From: Carcharhinus longimanus
Lineage: Eukaryota
Direction: 5' to 3'
Length of the DNA: 63,520 nt
NCBI GenBank assembly: GCA_030264375.1
Contig: JASCQW010000027.1
Coordinates: forward strand, 56,731,487 to 56,795,006
Shown here: positions 26,708-39,647 of the stretch, piece by piece
Layout: each line of letters starts with the position of its first letter
How positions within the stretch are numbered: the first letter of the stretch is position 1
Program-made: the position numbers and the translations under genes
The notes under the pieces: generated by a model
What the model was told of the DNA's origin: nothing
Seen by the model: only the letters and a program-made list of their open reading frames with translations
Databases searched by the model: none

Positions 26708-27264
26708 TTCTAGGTATGTCTGCCTATTCACTTCAGAAAGTGTGTGCTTTCTGATAACGTAAATAAGAAATGAGGAATACAAAAGAACTAAGGATAGGTC
26801 CTTGGCATCTCATAATACAGAAGTTTTTATTTTAAAAAATAATACAAATAACTCACATTCTTATACATTGTAACTTTATTAGTATTCTCTTTTCCACAAT
26901 GAGTTTGTAACTATACAAAACTGCATTTATTATTTCATAATTCTCAAGTTATTTGTGATTCTGTTTTAAGATAGAATCATAAAATTGCAATGTGAGAGGA
27001 TATTCATGGGACAGTTAAGTGTGAATGGATGCTCCTTGTATTTGAAAACAGTTATACTACTCTTAAAATGCCTATTATATAAGAGTTTGTTTCACTCTAA
27101 CTGCTGCTATGGAAACCTGTCTATTTTACTGCTTTCTTTCTCTCCCTCTGCCTTAGAAAGGAATGGAATTTATTCGTATTGCAGAATATTAGTAACCATG
27201 CATAACATTATGTTTGAAAATGTAGATAAGCCTGCATTCCATATTAATTTAAGACAAAGCGACT

Positions 27265-27530
27265 ACTGTCCTTTGCCATGAAATTTCAAGGATCTATTCT
27301 TGACACTCTTGTGTTTTTCAATGACATGCTGCCCCTCAGCAACATCATTCCAAAACACAGCATCAGTTTCCATATATATGCTGACAACACCCAGTTTAAC
27401 ACCACCTCACTCAAACTATCCACTGTTTCTAAACTGCCAGACTGCTTGTCCAACACTGGATAGCAGAATTTTTCTCCAATTAAATAATGGGAGGATCAAA
27501 GCCATTGTCCACAGTTCCCATTTCAAAGTC
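27265..27530 (+). mobile_element. L2-like LINE reverse transcriptase fragment
   Basis: QGSIL...MLPLSNIIPKHSISFHIYADNTQ (YADD-like motif); related piece at about 29080-29250. Confidence 0.75.
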
Positions 27531-27544
27531 TGTCCTGAAACTTC

Positions 27545-27706
27545 ACACAGTAAAAAGTCTGACAACACCAGGTTTTAGTCCAACCTATTTATTTGATAAT
27601 ATTCTCACAAGCTTTCGGGTTAGACCCTTCGTCAGGTGACTAAAACCTGGTGTTGTCAGACTTTTTACTGTGTTTACGCCAGTCCAACGCTGGCATACCC
27701 ACATCA
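27545..27706. mobile_element. Penelope-derived fold-back element containing a hammerhead motif
   Basis: About 36-bp inverted arms CACAGTAAAAAGTCTGACAACACCAGGTTTTAGTC / GACTAAAACCTGGTGTTGTCAGACTTTTTACTGTG around the hammerhead. Confidence 0.85.
27605..27639 (-). ncRNA. Minimal type I hammerhead ribozyme motif
   Basis: Minus strand ucac-CUGACGA-a-ggg-ucuaa-ccc-GAAA-GCUU-guga: core boxes, stem I (UCAC/GUGA), stem II, palindromic stem III (AAGCUU). Confidence 0.75.
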
Positions 27707-28085
27707 CACATACTGTTCAGCCAGGGGTCTGAAAAAAAATCACGTACTCAGGTAAGATAAAGCAAATGTGCCTCATTGCCAGATTCCTTTGGTCACAAAT
27801 TAAAAAGTAAGATATGTTATGTGTAAGAAGTCAGATGGAATCTTTCAGACAAAGATAAATGTTATTTTTCCACCCCGTTTTCAGTGGGGAAAGATGGAGG
27901 GGTAGAGAACCTGAAATGGTTTTTACGCTGGTAGGATTTCCCACTCAATTGTCCCAGCCCCATGCTGGTGACATGATGGAGTTTGTGCCATGCAATGCCC
28001 ATTGAGGACACAGTCAGCAGGTGACACACTGCTTTTCAATTCAAGTCAACATTTTGGACTAGTGGACAAAGTCAAGTTAACACCA

Positions 28086-28445
28086 GGGCGGCATGGTAGC
28101 ACAGTGGTTAGCACTGCTGCTTCACAGCTCAGGGACTTGGGTTTGATTCCTGGCTCTGGTCACTGTCTGTATGAAGTTTTCACATTCTCCTCATGTCTGC
28201 GTGGGTTTTCTCCAGGCGCTCTGGTTTCCTCCCACAGTCCAAAGATGTGTAGGTTAGGTTCATTGGCCATTGTAAAAAAAAATTGCCCCTTAGTGTCCTG
28301 AGATGCGTAGTTTAGAGGGATTAGACGGTAAAATGAGTAGGGATATGGGGATAGGGCCTGGGTGGATTGTGGTCCGTGCAGACTCAATGGGCCAAAGGGC
28401 CTCTTTCTGCACTGGAGGGTTCTATGATTGATTCTATTCTATGAT
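28086..28445 (+). mobile_element. HE1-like SINE, full length
   Basis: Head GGGCGGCATGGTAGCACAGTGG, V-domain, TTCTATGA tail. Confidence 0.9.
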
Positions 28446-28722
28446 TTTGAACAATATTAGAAAATTCCGCCCGTAGATTTGTGAAGTATCTAGGAGAGGT
28501 ATGTGAACCAAACGGCAAGATAATCCAGGACACAATAACATATATTTCCAATGAGAAATCAAATTTGAAGATATGGTCAGAATATAAGTTGCTGACACAG
28601 GGTGGGATTCACCGTACTTGTCCGTTACTGCCTGTTGCAAGTGAGAACGGAGAACTTGGCGTTCCAGCCAAAATTCCGTGCACTTTCAGCAGCACTGGAA
28701 AATCACAGCCACGGATGAGATT

Positions 28723-29030
28723 CATAGAATAGAATCCCTACAGTGCTGAAGAAGGCATTTGGCCCATCGAGTCTGCACCGATCACAATCTCACCCAGGCC
28801 TTACTCCCACATATTTACCCTCCAAATCCCCCAGACACCAGGGTCAATTTAGCATGGCCAATCAACTTAATTTGCACATGTTTGGAGTATGGGAGGAAAC
28901 CAAAGCACCTGGAGGAAACCCACGCAGACACAGGGAGAATGTGTAAACTCCACAGTGACCCGAAGACAGAACAGAACCCTGGTCCCTGCGCTGTGAGGCA
29001 GCAGTGTTAACCACTCTGTCACCATGCCAC
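28723..29030 (-). mobile_element. HE1-like SINE
   Basis: Reverse complement of the SINE copies seen elsewhere in the window. Confidence 0.88.
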
Positions 29031-29607
29031 CCCATAGATTTTCATATATTTTCAGTGATAACCTATGAAAAAAAACAGCAAAAGATCTTCACCACCTGTC
29101 CCTCAATTCTAATTTGCTGTCAGAGTGTTTATCTAACATCCAATCCTGGTTTAGTCCTAACTTTCTGCAGCTGCACGTTGGGAAGTGCAACCATAAATTT
29201 CACTTCCTTGTTCAGCCTCTTAGTCTTTTCCAACCGGTGTTTGAGGTTGAGCCACATGGGAGCAAAGTTTTAGGTCCTATATTAATTCCATTACAAAGGA
29301 GAAGATGCAGAATTAGAAGACATTATAAAGAGAGGGATATGTGAAGGCATGACGGAGTTCATGATAAGGATAAAATTTTGGAAGAGGAAACAAGACAAGA
29401 TCAGCAAGGACAGAGTGATGGGAGACTTAAATCTGATGTGGCATCGGATATGAATTGAAGAGCTTAGAAGGTTAAATGAATTGTTTGCAGAGTGGAGGAT
29501 GGGGGACCTGCCAGATGAGCAATGCAATAGTCAACCCTGGAGAATGCATGAAGAAAGGTGGAAGTGGACAGTCTTTGTGATGGGCAGGATATAGCCTCAG
29601 AGGCTTT

Positions 29608-29920
29608 TTTTAAATTCATTTGTGGGACATGGCTGTTGTTGGCTGGCCAGCATTTATTGCCCATCCCTAGTTGCCCTTGGAGGACAGTTGAGAGTCAACC
29701 ATATTGCTGTGGTTCTGGAGTCACATGTAGGCCAGACCAGGTAACAATAGCAGATTTCCTTCCCTAAAGGACATTATTGAACTAAATGGGTTTTTCTCAG
29801 TTTAACAATGGTTTCACAGTCATCAATAGATTCTTAATTCCAGACTTTTTTTTTACTAAATTCAAATTCCACCATCTGCCGTGGCAGGATTTGAACCTGG
29901 GTCCCCAGAATAAGCTAGAG
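29608..29920 (-). mobile_element. tRNA-derived SINE sharing its 3' tail with the second CR1-clade LINE family
   Basis: GCATTTATTGCCCATCCCTAGTTGCCCTT tail (cf. 60700-60750 and 7130-7200); similar copies at 56030-56680 and about 62330-62720. Confidence 0.75.
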
Positions 29921-32559
29921 TAAAGTAAGATGTCAAGTTTGCAAATGGCCTGGTTCCAGGCTGAGACAATGGTTAGGGAGTGGAAGACTGGTTGGAATAT
30001 GTATTAAAATAATGTCAGGAACCAAAGACTTTTCCTATTATTTAATTAGAAAAATTGCAGGTTACCCAAAACTGAATGTCAGAGAAACAGTCTGGCGATA
30101 CAGACAGAACAAGGGAGAAGGGAACTCTTTTGCCAGAACAATATGCTGGAAATAATCTAAATTGGTTAACAGACACAGTTACCTGAAAATTGATTCAGCG
30201 AGGCCAGATTTGGTAATGATGGGAAACGGCTTGAAACATTGTTATGAGGAGGAAAAGCAGATTGCCTGCTCCATCAAATGTGGCAATTGGCTACAGAGAC
30301 ATATCACATGAGTGCAAAAATCTAACAATGCAGACCCAACATGATAAATAAAGAAACAACAGAAAATGCTGGAAAATCTCAGCAGGTCTGACAGCATCTG
30401 TGGCGAGAGAATAGAACCGATGTTTTGAGTCAAGATGACCCTTCGTCAGAGCTCTTATGATAAATAAAAATGTGAGAAAATAAGAGAAAATTAGAGTTCT
30501 CCCTCACCATCACCAAAAAACCAGTTTGCACACACCATCATCCTGCTCTCTTCTACAATCCATGAAGAAATATCTTCATTCCTATTGTTATGTAGTATTG
30601 CTGTTTTATTTGAGGAGACAATGCTAAGCATGGGAAGGTGAATGAAACAATTAGGATTCCAATGATAATCTTCTCATTTGTGCACTCCCTAACCTGGAAG
30701 GTGCAGTTTTGTCTTCCAAATAGACATGATGTTCCTCTGCATAATTTCAGTAATATTGAATCAAAATATATGTTTCCGATCAATAAGCTAACAGTGGGAT
30801 CTTAATTCAAATCTTCTTACCCATTATTATTTTTTCACTTTAAACTTTCATTAAGCAGTCTAGTTGCTGGAAGTTAAAACAAATCTCTCCAAGGAGTATT
30901 TTTCCATTGCATGGCCACATAAAAAAGTTTGTTTGAAACTTGTGTTTTAAATTGACTATTAGATTAATTACCTTGGTAAGTGGGATGCAGATCAGTCATG
31001 CATTAACTGAAAGTACATTGCTAAAAATGGTTCCATGGTGCCATTTTGGAAAATGCAGATCTCCTACCTGCCAGTATCATAATGTAAAGTACACTCACAG
31101 ACCAAGACATCAAGTGCTGTTTGTTTCCTTTTAACATGATAGATTTGTTGCACTGCTGGTTACTGTACTATTGTATATATAAGCTTAAAACAAACTGGGC
31201 CAGTTTTCAAAGAACATACCTTATCTGAGGCCTTTAATAATAGTTCACAAATTATCCTCCTATGTATGGCTCACCTTTCAAATGATCACAATCTCAAAAT
31301 TAACTTTTAAAAGCCATTTGTCAACTCATCTAGCTGTAAGTAAAATTATAAGACACAACTATGAAACTTCACCTTACACTGAAAATGCTGCTCGTTGCAT
31401 CAATTCAATGAAAGACGATTAAAATTTGCTTTTTATTTGTTAAAGACCTTGAATAGCAGAAAAGGTTACTATCCACATAAGTTAATAAAAATGAATAATT
31501 TAATTTCTCATTATATAAACTATAAGACAAATAGCGTCTTTAGTCAACCCCATGTTGAACAACAGGAGAAATTATTCTAACATTATTCACTTGCAGAATG
31601 TCCTAATCAGAACAGCTGTGTATAGGGTCGATGGAACACAATAAAGTCAGTTTGATTCAATGATTGACCTTTTGTCACTTCTAATTTTCACAACTTTTAA
31701 ATGATCTAATGTTTGCCGAATGATAGTCATATACCTCCCTACAATCATCATGCTGTCTGAGGTTCCACATTAAATTAACAAATTACACAGCAGTTTTCCA
31801 TGTCCATTATTTTAAAATGCAATGCCATCAAATGCAATAGAATTTAATATATGTTTTGGATTTTTCATTGACATTGTGGAAGCACAAATATGAAACTGCA
31901 ATGAGCTTGCAAGTCAGCCAATGGGCCCTTCAAAGTCTCCTTCGCAAGTCAATAAGATCAAGACCTTCTACACCAACTCCACTTCCTATCCTGCTGTGCC
32001 TTGATTCCTACTCTGTCCATGCTGTGGGAATTAGGAAAACTCAGTTGGAAAGACTAGCCAGGTGAAAAGGGTTCACAGTGTTCGTTTGTATGTTTATGAA
32101 CCTTCTACATTAATATGGAGAATGGATGAGGCTCCAATAATGTCAATGGAGACTCAGCAAGACTTGGGGCTGAATTTTATCAGCCCTTTGGAGATGTGCA
32201 GGTGCGTGGAAAGATAGACATCTTCCCTCCACTGTACCATTTTGCAAATGGTGGGAAAAGTGCTAGATGGAAAGCTTGCCTGGAGCCCAATTGAGGCAAA
32301 TAAGTGCCAATAATGGGCTTTTCCTTCCTCTGCTGGCACTTTCCCAGCAGCTGGGTGTGTTGGACCCTGTGGAGGGTGAGGGGGAGGTGTTGCACTAAAT
32401 ACACTTTGGACCTGGAGGGGACCCGTGGGGCCTGTCCACCTTATTATCAATGGCTGTTTCCACTGCAATAGTTCAGTGAGGACCCCGCTATTTACCTAGA
32501 TCAAGAGCATTTGTTGGCTTAATTTAAAAGTAATATCTGGCATGTACACTCTAATGTCA

Positions 32560-32758
32560 TATCTAATAATAACTTCTATCACGTAACTGAAAAGTGCCAG
32601 ATAACTTCTGTCTACAGCTAATCAACTCACATACATATGTCTGTCACATAAGACATCACAAAGTGAATCCAATGTCACTGTGATATGTCCTTTAGATCTG
32701 GCTTTCCCAACTGCAGCTTATTCAAAAAGCCACAGGACAAATTACATTTACCATTCAG
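32560..32758 (+). promoter_or_regulatory. Candidate PLN promoter / non-coding exon 1
   Basis: Repeat-free; CCAAT near 32669, GATA motifs, donor TTCAG|GTAAAT at 32758/32759. PLN normally has a non-coding first exon. The position is only inferred. Confidence 0.25.
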
Positions 32759-35064
32759 GTAAATACAAAGTCAAGTAATGTGATTTTGACTGACCTTGAG
32801 ATGGAGTGACAAAGGTGAAAGGCCAAATATTCTGATTGTTAAACATAAATCACAGCCAAGAGCTTTCTCCAAACAATAAAAACAAGCCCTTCAAACAAAG
32901 CAGAAAGAATAGCCTGCGAAGTGAATGACAGGTAATGGGTACTATTCTTATCAACACTAATCCCTTCTATCTTCTCAGATAAATCTTTGTAAGTCAGGCT
33001 GCAGTTGAAAAAATGTACACCTGTTGGCTCACTGAATCGTGCTGTAACACAATTATTATTTATGCTAAAGAGTAGTTTTCTGCTCGGTAATGTTTATATA
33101 AAAGATATCATTTATGTAATTTAAGAAAATCATGCTATGTTGAATGTAATAGACTAGAAAAGGGAAAAAAATGTCATTTTTAACCAGAACACAATAAAAT
33201 GTTTATGCCAGTGGGAAATAATCCAGAGTAAAATATGAGATTGCTAACTAGATTAAGCTCCATACCAGAATTGCAATTTGCTTTGTATATGCTACACATG
33301 ATTTGTAATCTATTCCCTGACAGATTGGATTTAATTCTGACCTTTATATTTTCATAAGAGTCCAATAACCTTAGCAAAGAAAAACAAAGCTAAACCAAGC
33401 TGGACAACTCTCTTCCAACAGTAACTTTTTAAATCTTTGTTCATTACTTTTCAGAGCATTGTTTAATGCTTCAATAACAAAATTCCCAAACTCAGGAGAA
33501 TGTTTCTCAGAGTGAACTGACGTTGTATATCTATCGTCAATGTCAGCAATTAAATGCAAGTTTAAAGCCAGTTTGAAACATGCCGACTAATCGAATGACA
33601 GAATGGTTGACAAGATTTTTTTCTACATTAATAGCAATGTTGTTTTCATCAAGTTGAGACTAGATGCAAAGCAAATCATTAAGCGCAATGTGCGTTAACC
33701 CAAGCCTTTGACGTAGACCTTCAACTGCACCACTTAAATATTGGCCTTACTTTTGCAGTCAACAGTGTAGCAACAGTGCTCACTGTTGACCTTGAAGAAA
33801 GATGTTCACAAAGACCTACCATCTCTTTGATATATGGATTTCCCTTTTCCCAGTATCAGTCTTTGCCAAGTCAGGGGTATCTCTGGGTCTCCAGCAAAAG
33901 CAAGCAAGATAAGCAGTCAATAACATTGAAGTATTCTCACAGAAGCAAACCAGGAAGTGAAATGCAGTGAAACTTTTCACGATTAATTACAAATTTTCCA
34001 GAGATCGAAATAACTCTCCCCTGAGGAGTAATAGTGGTAGTTTGGTTGTTATAACTATTGCAAAATCCAGGCCATTATCATTTGGCCCATTTTGTATTGT
34101 TGCTCAATAGGGATTGAATCAACGCTGCCCAAACTTGCTCCATTTAGGATTCAGACAGCCAACAAACAAAGGAGACTCATGTCTAAAGTTAAATTAGCGG
34201 TGAAAAGTCAATTTTCATAAAAGAAATTGCTGCTTATTTTTGATTTAGAACATAATTTGGGATATCTTAAAGAAACCATAATAAGATTAGTTCATAATAT
34301 TGAGAATGAAAGATTGAACATATAATGATTCTGTAAGACTTAATATTTGCCATATCCGATCGTTACAGTTAAGGTTGGCAGGTAAAGAGAATGAGTTGGA
34401 TTTTACGGCCTTACTCATCCCGAAACTGTAAAATCCCACCCAAGGTCAATGAACCTTCCCATTGATCGCCCCCTCACCTGCTCAGATTCCTGTGGCGGGT
34501 AGGGCAGTAAAATTCTGTACAGATTATTTTCACTGAAATGGTGAACTGGAACTTTATCCTTCAGTTGTATGGCCTATTCTGAGATTGCACACATGTACCT
34601 TCATTACTTTTTCAACCTTGCATGGAAATTTCTCTCTCCCAGTCTGACAGTAAATAACCCTATTTGTAAATCTCCATCCACTGTCAAATCCAACTTGTAT
34701 GGAATGCAACCAGAAACTGTCATAACTATATTTGACTTTTATTCAATGCTGCTGGATACAGACGAGCCGAATAATTTTTATATGAAAATGACACAATTAA
34801 TTACATCACATGATAAAACTGCTGGCTTCCTTAGGATCCTCTAACTGCTGAGTTTACTGATAACGACAGGACAGCATTACACTGAATTAATATACCAGGT
34901 GTTGCAATGTGGTGGTATCCCACTTTAAATTCCCCAAAATAATTTTGTACCTCAACTAAGCTTTAAGGAGAAGGAATTGGTATGAGGAAACTTTACTAAG
35001 CATGAAGTGATCAGTTGCATGTTACTTGTTACCACATTCCTAGTCTGGGTACTGGACTAGAATA

Positions 35065-35240
35065 TCCAAAGATGTGCGGGTTATGTGAATTGGCCATGCT
35101 AAATTGCCTCAGTGTCAGGGGGACTAGCAGGGCAAATATGTGGGGCCAAGGAGATGGGTCCTGGGTAGAATTGTGGTCAGTGCAGGCTCAATGGGCTAGA
35201 TGGCCTCCTTCTGCACTGTAAAGATTCTATGATTCTATGA
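35065..35240 (+). mobile_element. HE1-like SINE 3' half
   Basis: TCCAAAGATGTGCGGGTT...GATTCTATGATTCTATGA. Confidence 0.8.
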
Positions 35241-35264
35241 CTGTAAACTACATACACTAATACA

Positions 35265-35620
35265 CAGAGCCCTTTCTTTGCAGGGAGAAATAACGTGTAC
35301 ACACTTGGAACCTGCTTCAGCTAAACAAAATAAATGATAGCCATTCACTCATTCACTCCTCAGGACAATGCCTTGACTAGTCAGAGTTAACGTGGCTGGT
35401 TTAAATTTTTAAACAATTCTTGGCAGTTATCTGGCAGCCACTATTAACTGGTGCATTCTCCATGGCAATGCTTCTACCAATAGGTGTCCACTTGCCAACC
35501 AATCTGCATTCTCCTCTCATACAGTTAAAGTATTTGCTTCTCATGACATTTGGTATATTTGTGATTATTCTGATGAGTGCAAGGTGAAAAGATTTGACAA
35601 AATGCCTTTTTTCAACAATA
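35265..35620 (+). mobile_element. Penelope-like element 3' remnant with a degenerate hammerhead
   Basis: CCAAT-rich pLTR-like segment ending in CTGATGAgtgcaaggtGAAAagatttgac (35570-35598). Confidence 0.5.
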
Positions 35621-35996
35621 CACAAAAGTTGTTTTATGGAATCACCTAAAATTTGTGAAGACATGTATAATGCCAGACATGCTGCAACTAATATCACTGC
35701 ATCCAAAATAATTTTTCAGTTATCTAAGCTATCCATTAACACAAAAGAATTGAATAAAATGTAAACACTCCTGAATTTGTTTGTTTAAATGAACATAGTT
35801 AAGGCTCCGTCCATCGTTGTGTTCAACTAATCCCTGTCATATTTGTGCACTGCACGTATTCTTTTCCTCAGTTGTTCACTTTTGCACATTTCCTCTGTCT
35901 GCTTCATTAGATCTTCTAGAGAACAAAAACAGCTTCTGCACTTTCTACAGCTTTCACACTTATCTTCACACCTCTCATAACCTCTGCTGAATCAGC

Positions 35997-36155
35997 ATGG
36001 ATAAGGTCCAGCAGATAACCCGCTCTGCCATGAGGAGAGCCTCTGCAATTGAAGTGACCCCAACAGCCCGTCGAAATCTTCAGGAACTGTTTGTCAATTT
36101 TACTCTGATACTTATATGCCTTCTTCTTATATACATCATAAGACTGCTGATGTAA
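35997..36155 (+). CDS. PLN: Cardiac phospholamban, 52 aa
   Basis: Translated by hand: [52 protein letters not shown]; exact PLN length, RRAS16 PKA site, L31/N34/F35/I38/L42; acceptor CTTTCTACAG at 35950; Kozak AGCATGG; AATAAA at 36605; antisense to CEP85L as in mammals. Confidence 0.97.
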   Translation: MDKVQQITRSAMRRASAIEVTPTARRNLQELFVNFTLILICLLLIYIIRLLM

Positions 36156-37999
36156 TTTTCCCACATACTGTCTCTGAGATGATGGACACTTGTTTAACGG
36201 ACTATTCTCTCTATGAAACCTTGGCATGATATTGTGTATGTGCTGTTTTCAGGATGCTCATTCATGAGAAAATAAGCAATCAAAAATGAGTTTAAACACA
36301 TTTTGGTCTTTGTTTAAACATGTACTTATTTTTAACTTTGGATATTCCCGAATGGAATACACGCTACTTTAGAGCATCTAGAATATACAAGGAATGAATG
36401 CATGTTTCAATTTCAATTTTTTAAGACAGTCCTAGCCTGTAGCATAAATGAACTTTACAAAAAAGCTCTACAAGTTATTATTTGTATTGTCTGCTATCTA
36501 ATATTTATGACCTCAGCAAAAAATCCTCAACTATTGCAGGTGATATGCATAGATTGTCACCACAACTCTTGTGGGTATAAGATGCCAGATCAAAACTACT
36601 TTCAAATAAAGAACAGATGGTGAATAGACTAGGAATACCTGGACAACAATCTAGACATTCAGTATCCATCCTGAATTACAATATAGTTGTAAAATGATCA
36701 TGTCTGCTTTATTGTATTGATTTTCCATTATCAATTACACACATTTTCAATAAGATAGAGACTGAAAATAGAAAATATATTTGTTGATAAGGGAGAAACA
36801 ATGTCATCTTTGGTCCTGGCCTAAAACTATTTGCTGTCAGTACATCAGCAAGTTAGTTCTTCATATTTCACAAGCTGATATATTTAATGTCCTTTATTAC
36901 TCTGTTACAATGTACATTTTTCACATTATTTATCAATTGTTTATGTATCAGTATATGAATTATTAGAGTTGTCACAAAATGGGCTCAGATGAAGAAGATC
37001 ATGTCCCATTTAATTCATCTTTATAGAATACCAAAGCATGGCAGAAATAAGCTGTTTCTTAAATAAGTCTAGTGTTCTGGTCTTGACCACCCTCCCCGTG
37101 GCCCATCCTAACAGTTAACTACAGTCCCTATNNNAAATATTTGCTGGCAACTTGTCTTAAGCTCATCACATGTGTATAAATATCAGAAACCCTGTTATTT
37201 CTGCTGCATGTTCTTGAAATGCTATTATGTAAAAGAAAAAATGTAATAAAACCCCAAACAACCTTTTACTACCGTTATTCCTGGGTGCTCTCAATAATTC
37301 AACAAAATTCATTGGAGCACAACAATTGGATGAGAATGCTGAAGAAGAAAGCAAGTAGTCAGAACAATTCTTTGGCTACACCTTTCCACTTACATTCGCT
37401 GCTTGACCCCACCATTTGCTGAAACTGTCCTGACTCTTTCTATAACTATCTAAATGTTCAGCTTGGCCAAACTCTAACTCACCCAGAGTTTGAACTCTTC
37501 CACCAATTGACATTTACTAAATGATTTAATTGGCATTACTCCAACCTAGACACAGATATTTTTGAAACTCTTCCGCTAGCTCACAAATGTTTGTACATTT
37601 TTAGACTTCAAATGCTTTTGCCAGGATTCTTATATCCTGTCAGTAAGAAAGATACTCCTTCCTATGAACCTGAGAAGGACTAAAAAATGGGTTGGATTTA
37701 ATGAAAACAACAGGGGTCTCACTCATTGGCTGGACAGGAGCTTCGTGTCACCTCTTTCAGGGAAGGCCTACCAAATTAAATGGTATTCAAGTGGGAAGGG
37801 GGTTGAGGGACGGGGGTTGTGGGAGAGTTTAGTTGGCAGCAAGGGCAGAGGTGGCTCTTAATGGGCCTTTTCACCCCTCTATTCTGCCCCTCCTGCTCTC
37901 CCCAACCCCACTCCACCCCACCACCCCCTGGCCTGCCTTAACACCTCATGACGTTACTGCCTTGAACCCTGCAATTGCGTAGCCACAGAAATTTGGTGT

Positions 38000-38337
38000 C
38001 ATAGAATCCCTACAGTACAGAAGGAGGCTATTTGGCCAATCCAGTTTGCACTATCTCTCTTACAGAGCATCTTACCTAGGCCTTAACCCTGTATAACCAC
38101 ATATTTACCTTGCTAATTCCCCTAGCCTACATACTTGGGGCACCATAAGGGACAATTTAACGTGGCCAATCCACCCAACCTCCACATCTTTGGGCTGTGG
38201 GAGGAAACTGGAACTCCCAGAGGAAACCGATTTGGACACAGTGAGAATACATAAACTCCACAGCGACAGCCACCCAAGGCCAGAGTTGAACCCATGTCCC
38301 TGGCGCTGTGTGGCAGCAGTGCTAACCACCATGCCTC
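38000..38337 (-). mobile_element. HE1-like SINE
   Basis: Reverse tail, V-domain and head. Confidence 0.88.
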
Positions 38338-38839
38338 CCATATCCACACACCATTGAAAAATTGCTGCACGTGTCATCCAACAGTTTGACAATGTGCCAA
38401 TTAAAATAACTTTGTGCAATTAATTCATATTAAGGTTATGGGTTGCCTGGTAAATTTGTGAATGCATTCTGTGTCCTTACAGTTCCCTGCTCCTCTGACA
38501 TGAAAGCTCATTTTAGAACTTCAAATCACACAAATTCTTCATGGTGACTACTTGGGAATATTGCCATTGGCTCATGAAGACAACAGAATTCAATGATATT
38601 ATGTCATTAATATGCAATTGCCTCAGCTCACTAGTCTTTAGTAAACACATGATTGCACCTTGGAATTATGTTAGAATGACCAAATAATGTTACGAGTGAT
38701 TTCAACTGATTGTTAGGCTGCAAAAAGAAATTCCTGTCAGAGAGCTGTTAACAAAGCATAATTAGAATATGAATTGAATGGAAGGAGAGACTTTGACATT
38801 TTCTCGAAATTTATTTTAAAATTAACCAATAACATTTTT

Positions 38840-39105
38840 TAAAGTTTATGTATTAGTCACAAGTAAGGCTACATTAACACTGAAATGAAGTTACTGTGAA
38901 ATTCCCCTAGTCACCAAAATCCAGCACCTGTTCAGGTCAAAGCACCTAACCAGCACACCTTTCAGACCGTGGGAAGAAACTGGAGCATCCGGGGGAAACT
39001 CACGCAGATACAGGGAGAACGTACAGAAAGTGACCCAAGTTAGGAATCGAACCCAGATCCATGGCACTGTGAGGCAGCAGTGTTAACCTCTGTGCCACCA
39101 TGCCA
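38840..39105 (-). mobile_element. HE1-like SINE subfamily
   Basis: Same structure as 15555-15856. Confidence 0.85.
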
Positions 39106-39605
39106 TCCCCATTACAGTAGAGACCTTCTTTAAACCACACATCAGCACAAGAAGCAAACTAGTTTGGTTGATGAAGTGATGGAAAGGACATTTGAGAGTT
39201 ATTTTAATGTGCAACTTGAATCGACCTAGTATGAATTACAAAAACTGATGAACAGTTGACAAATGTAATCTACATTTGCTTCATGACTATGAGCATCAGA
39301 AACTCTTGGAGAGATAGTGCTCTTCTCAACCTGCTATTTATAACTCAGTCAATGTGCTAAACATAGAAATCACAGCATCGCTACAGACAGTGATTATAGA
39401 ATGACTAAATTCAACACAATATGGGATTCAAAACTGTCAAACACCAAAGACAGCTGAAAATAGTTAATTTCAAAGGAACAAAGAAAACTGATTGGGTGGG
39501 AAGGCTTTTTAACAACTTCAGTGGAGAATAACTTTAAATGTGTAGGACTGAAATTCCTAGATCTGGGATGGTGGAAATTGAACATTTTGTCTGTAAAGAA
39601 TGTAA

Positions 39606-39647
39606 AATTTTGTGCTCATATTAGGGAATTTTGTGCTCATATTAGGG
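39606..39647. repeat. Perfect 21-bp tandem duplication
   Basis: AATTTTGTGCTCATATTAGGG x2. Confidence 0.95.

Noticed and set aside
30355-30454. Hammerhead-like motifs here and at about 6365-6395 and 53340-53376
   Set aside because: Core mutated (AAAA for GAAA, TTGA for CTGA, CTGATGG); recorded as decayed copies, not functional ribozymes.
33371-33559. Minus-strand ORF considered as a downstream CEP85L exon
   Set aside because: No convincing similarity to CEP85L coiled-coil exons and no matching splice sites.
35916-36227. 103-aa minus-strand ORF
   Set aside because: Antisense shadow of the PLN coding exon.
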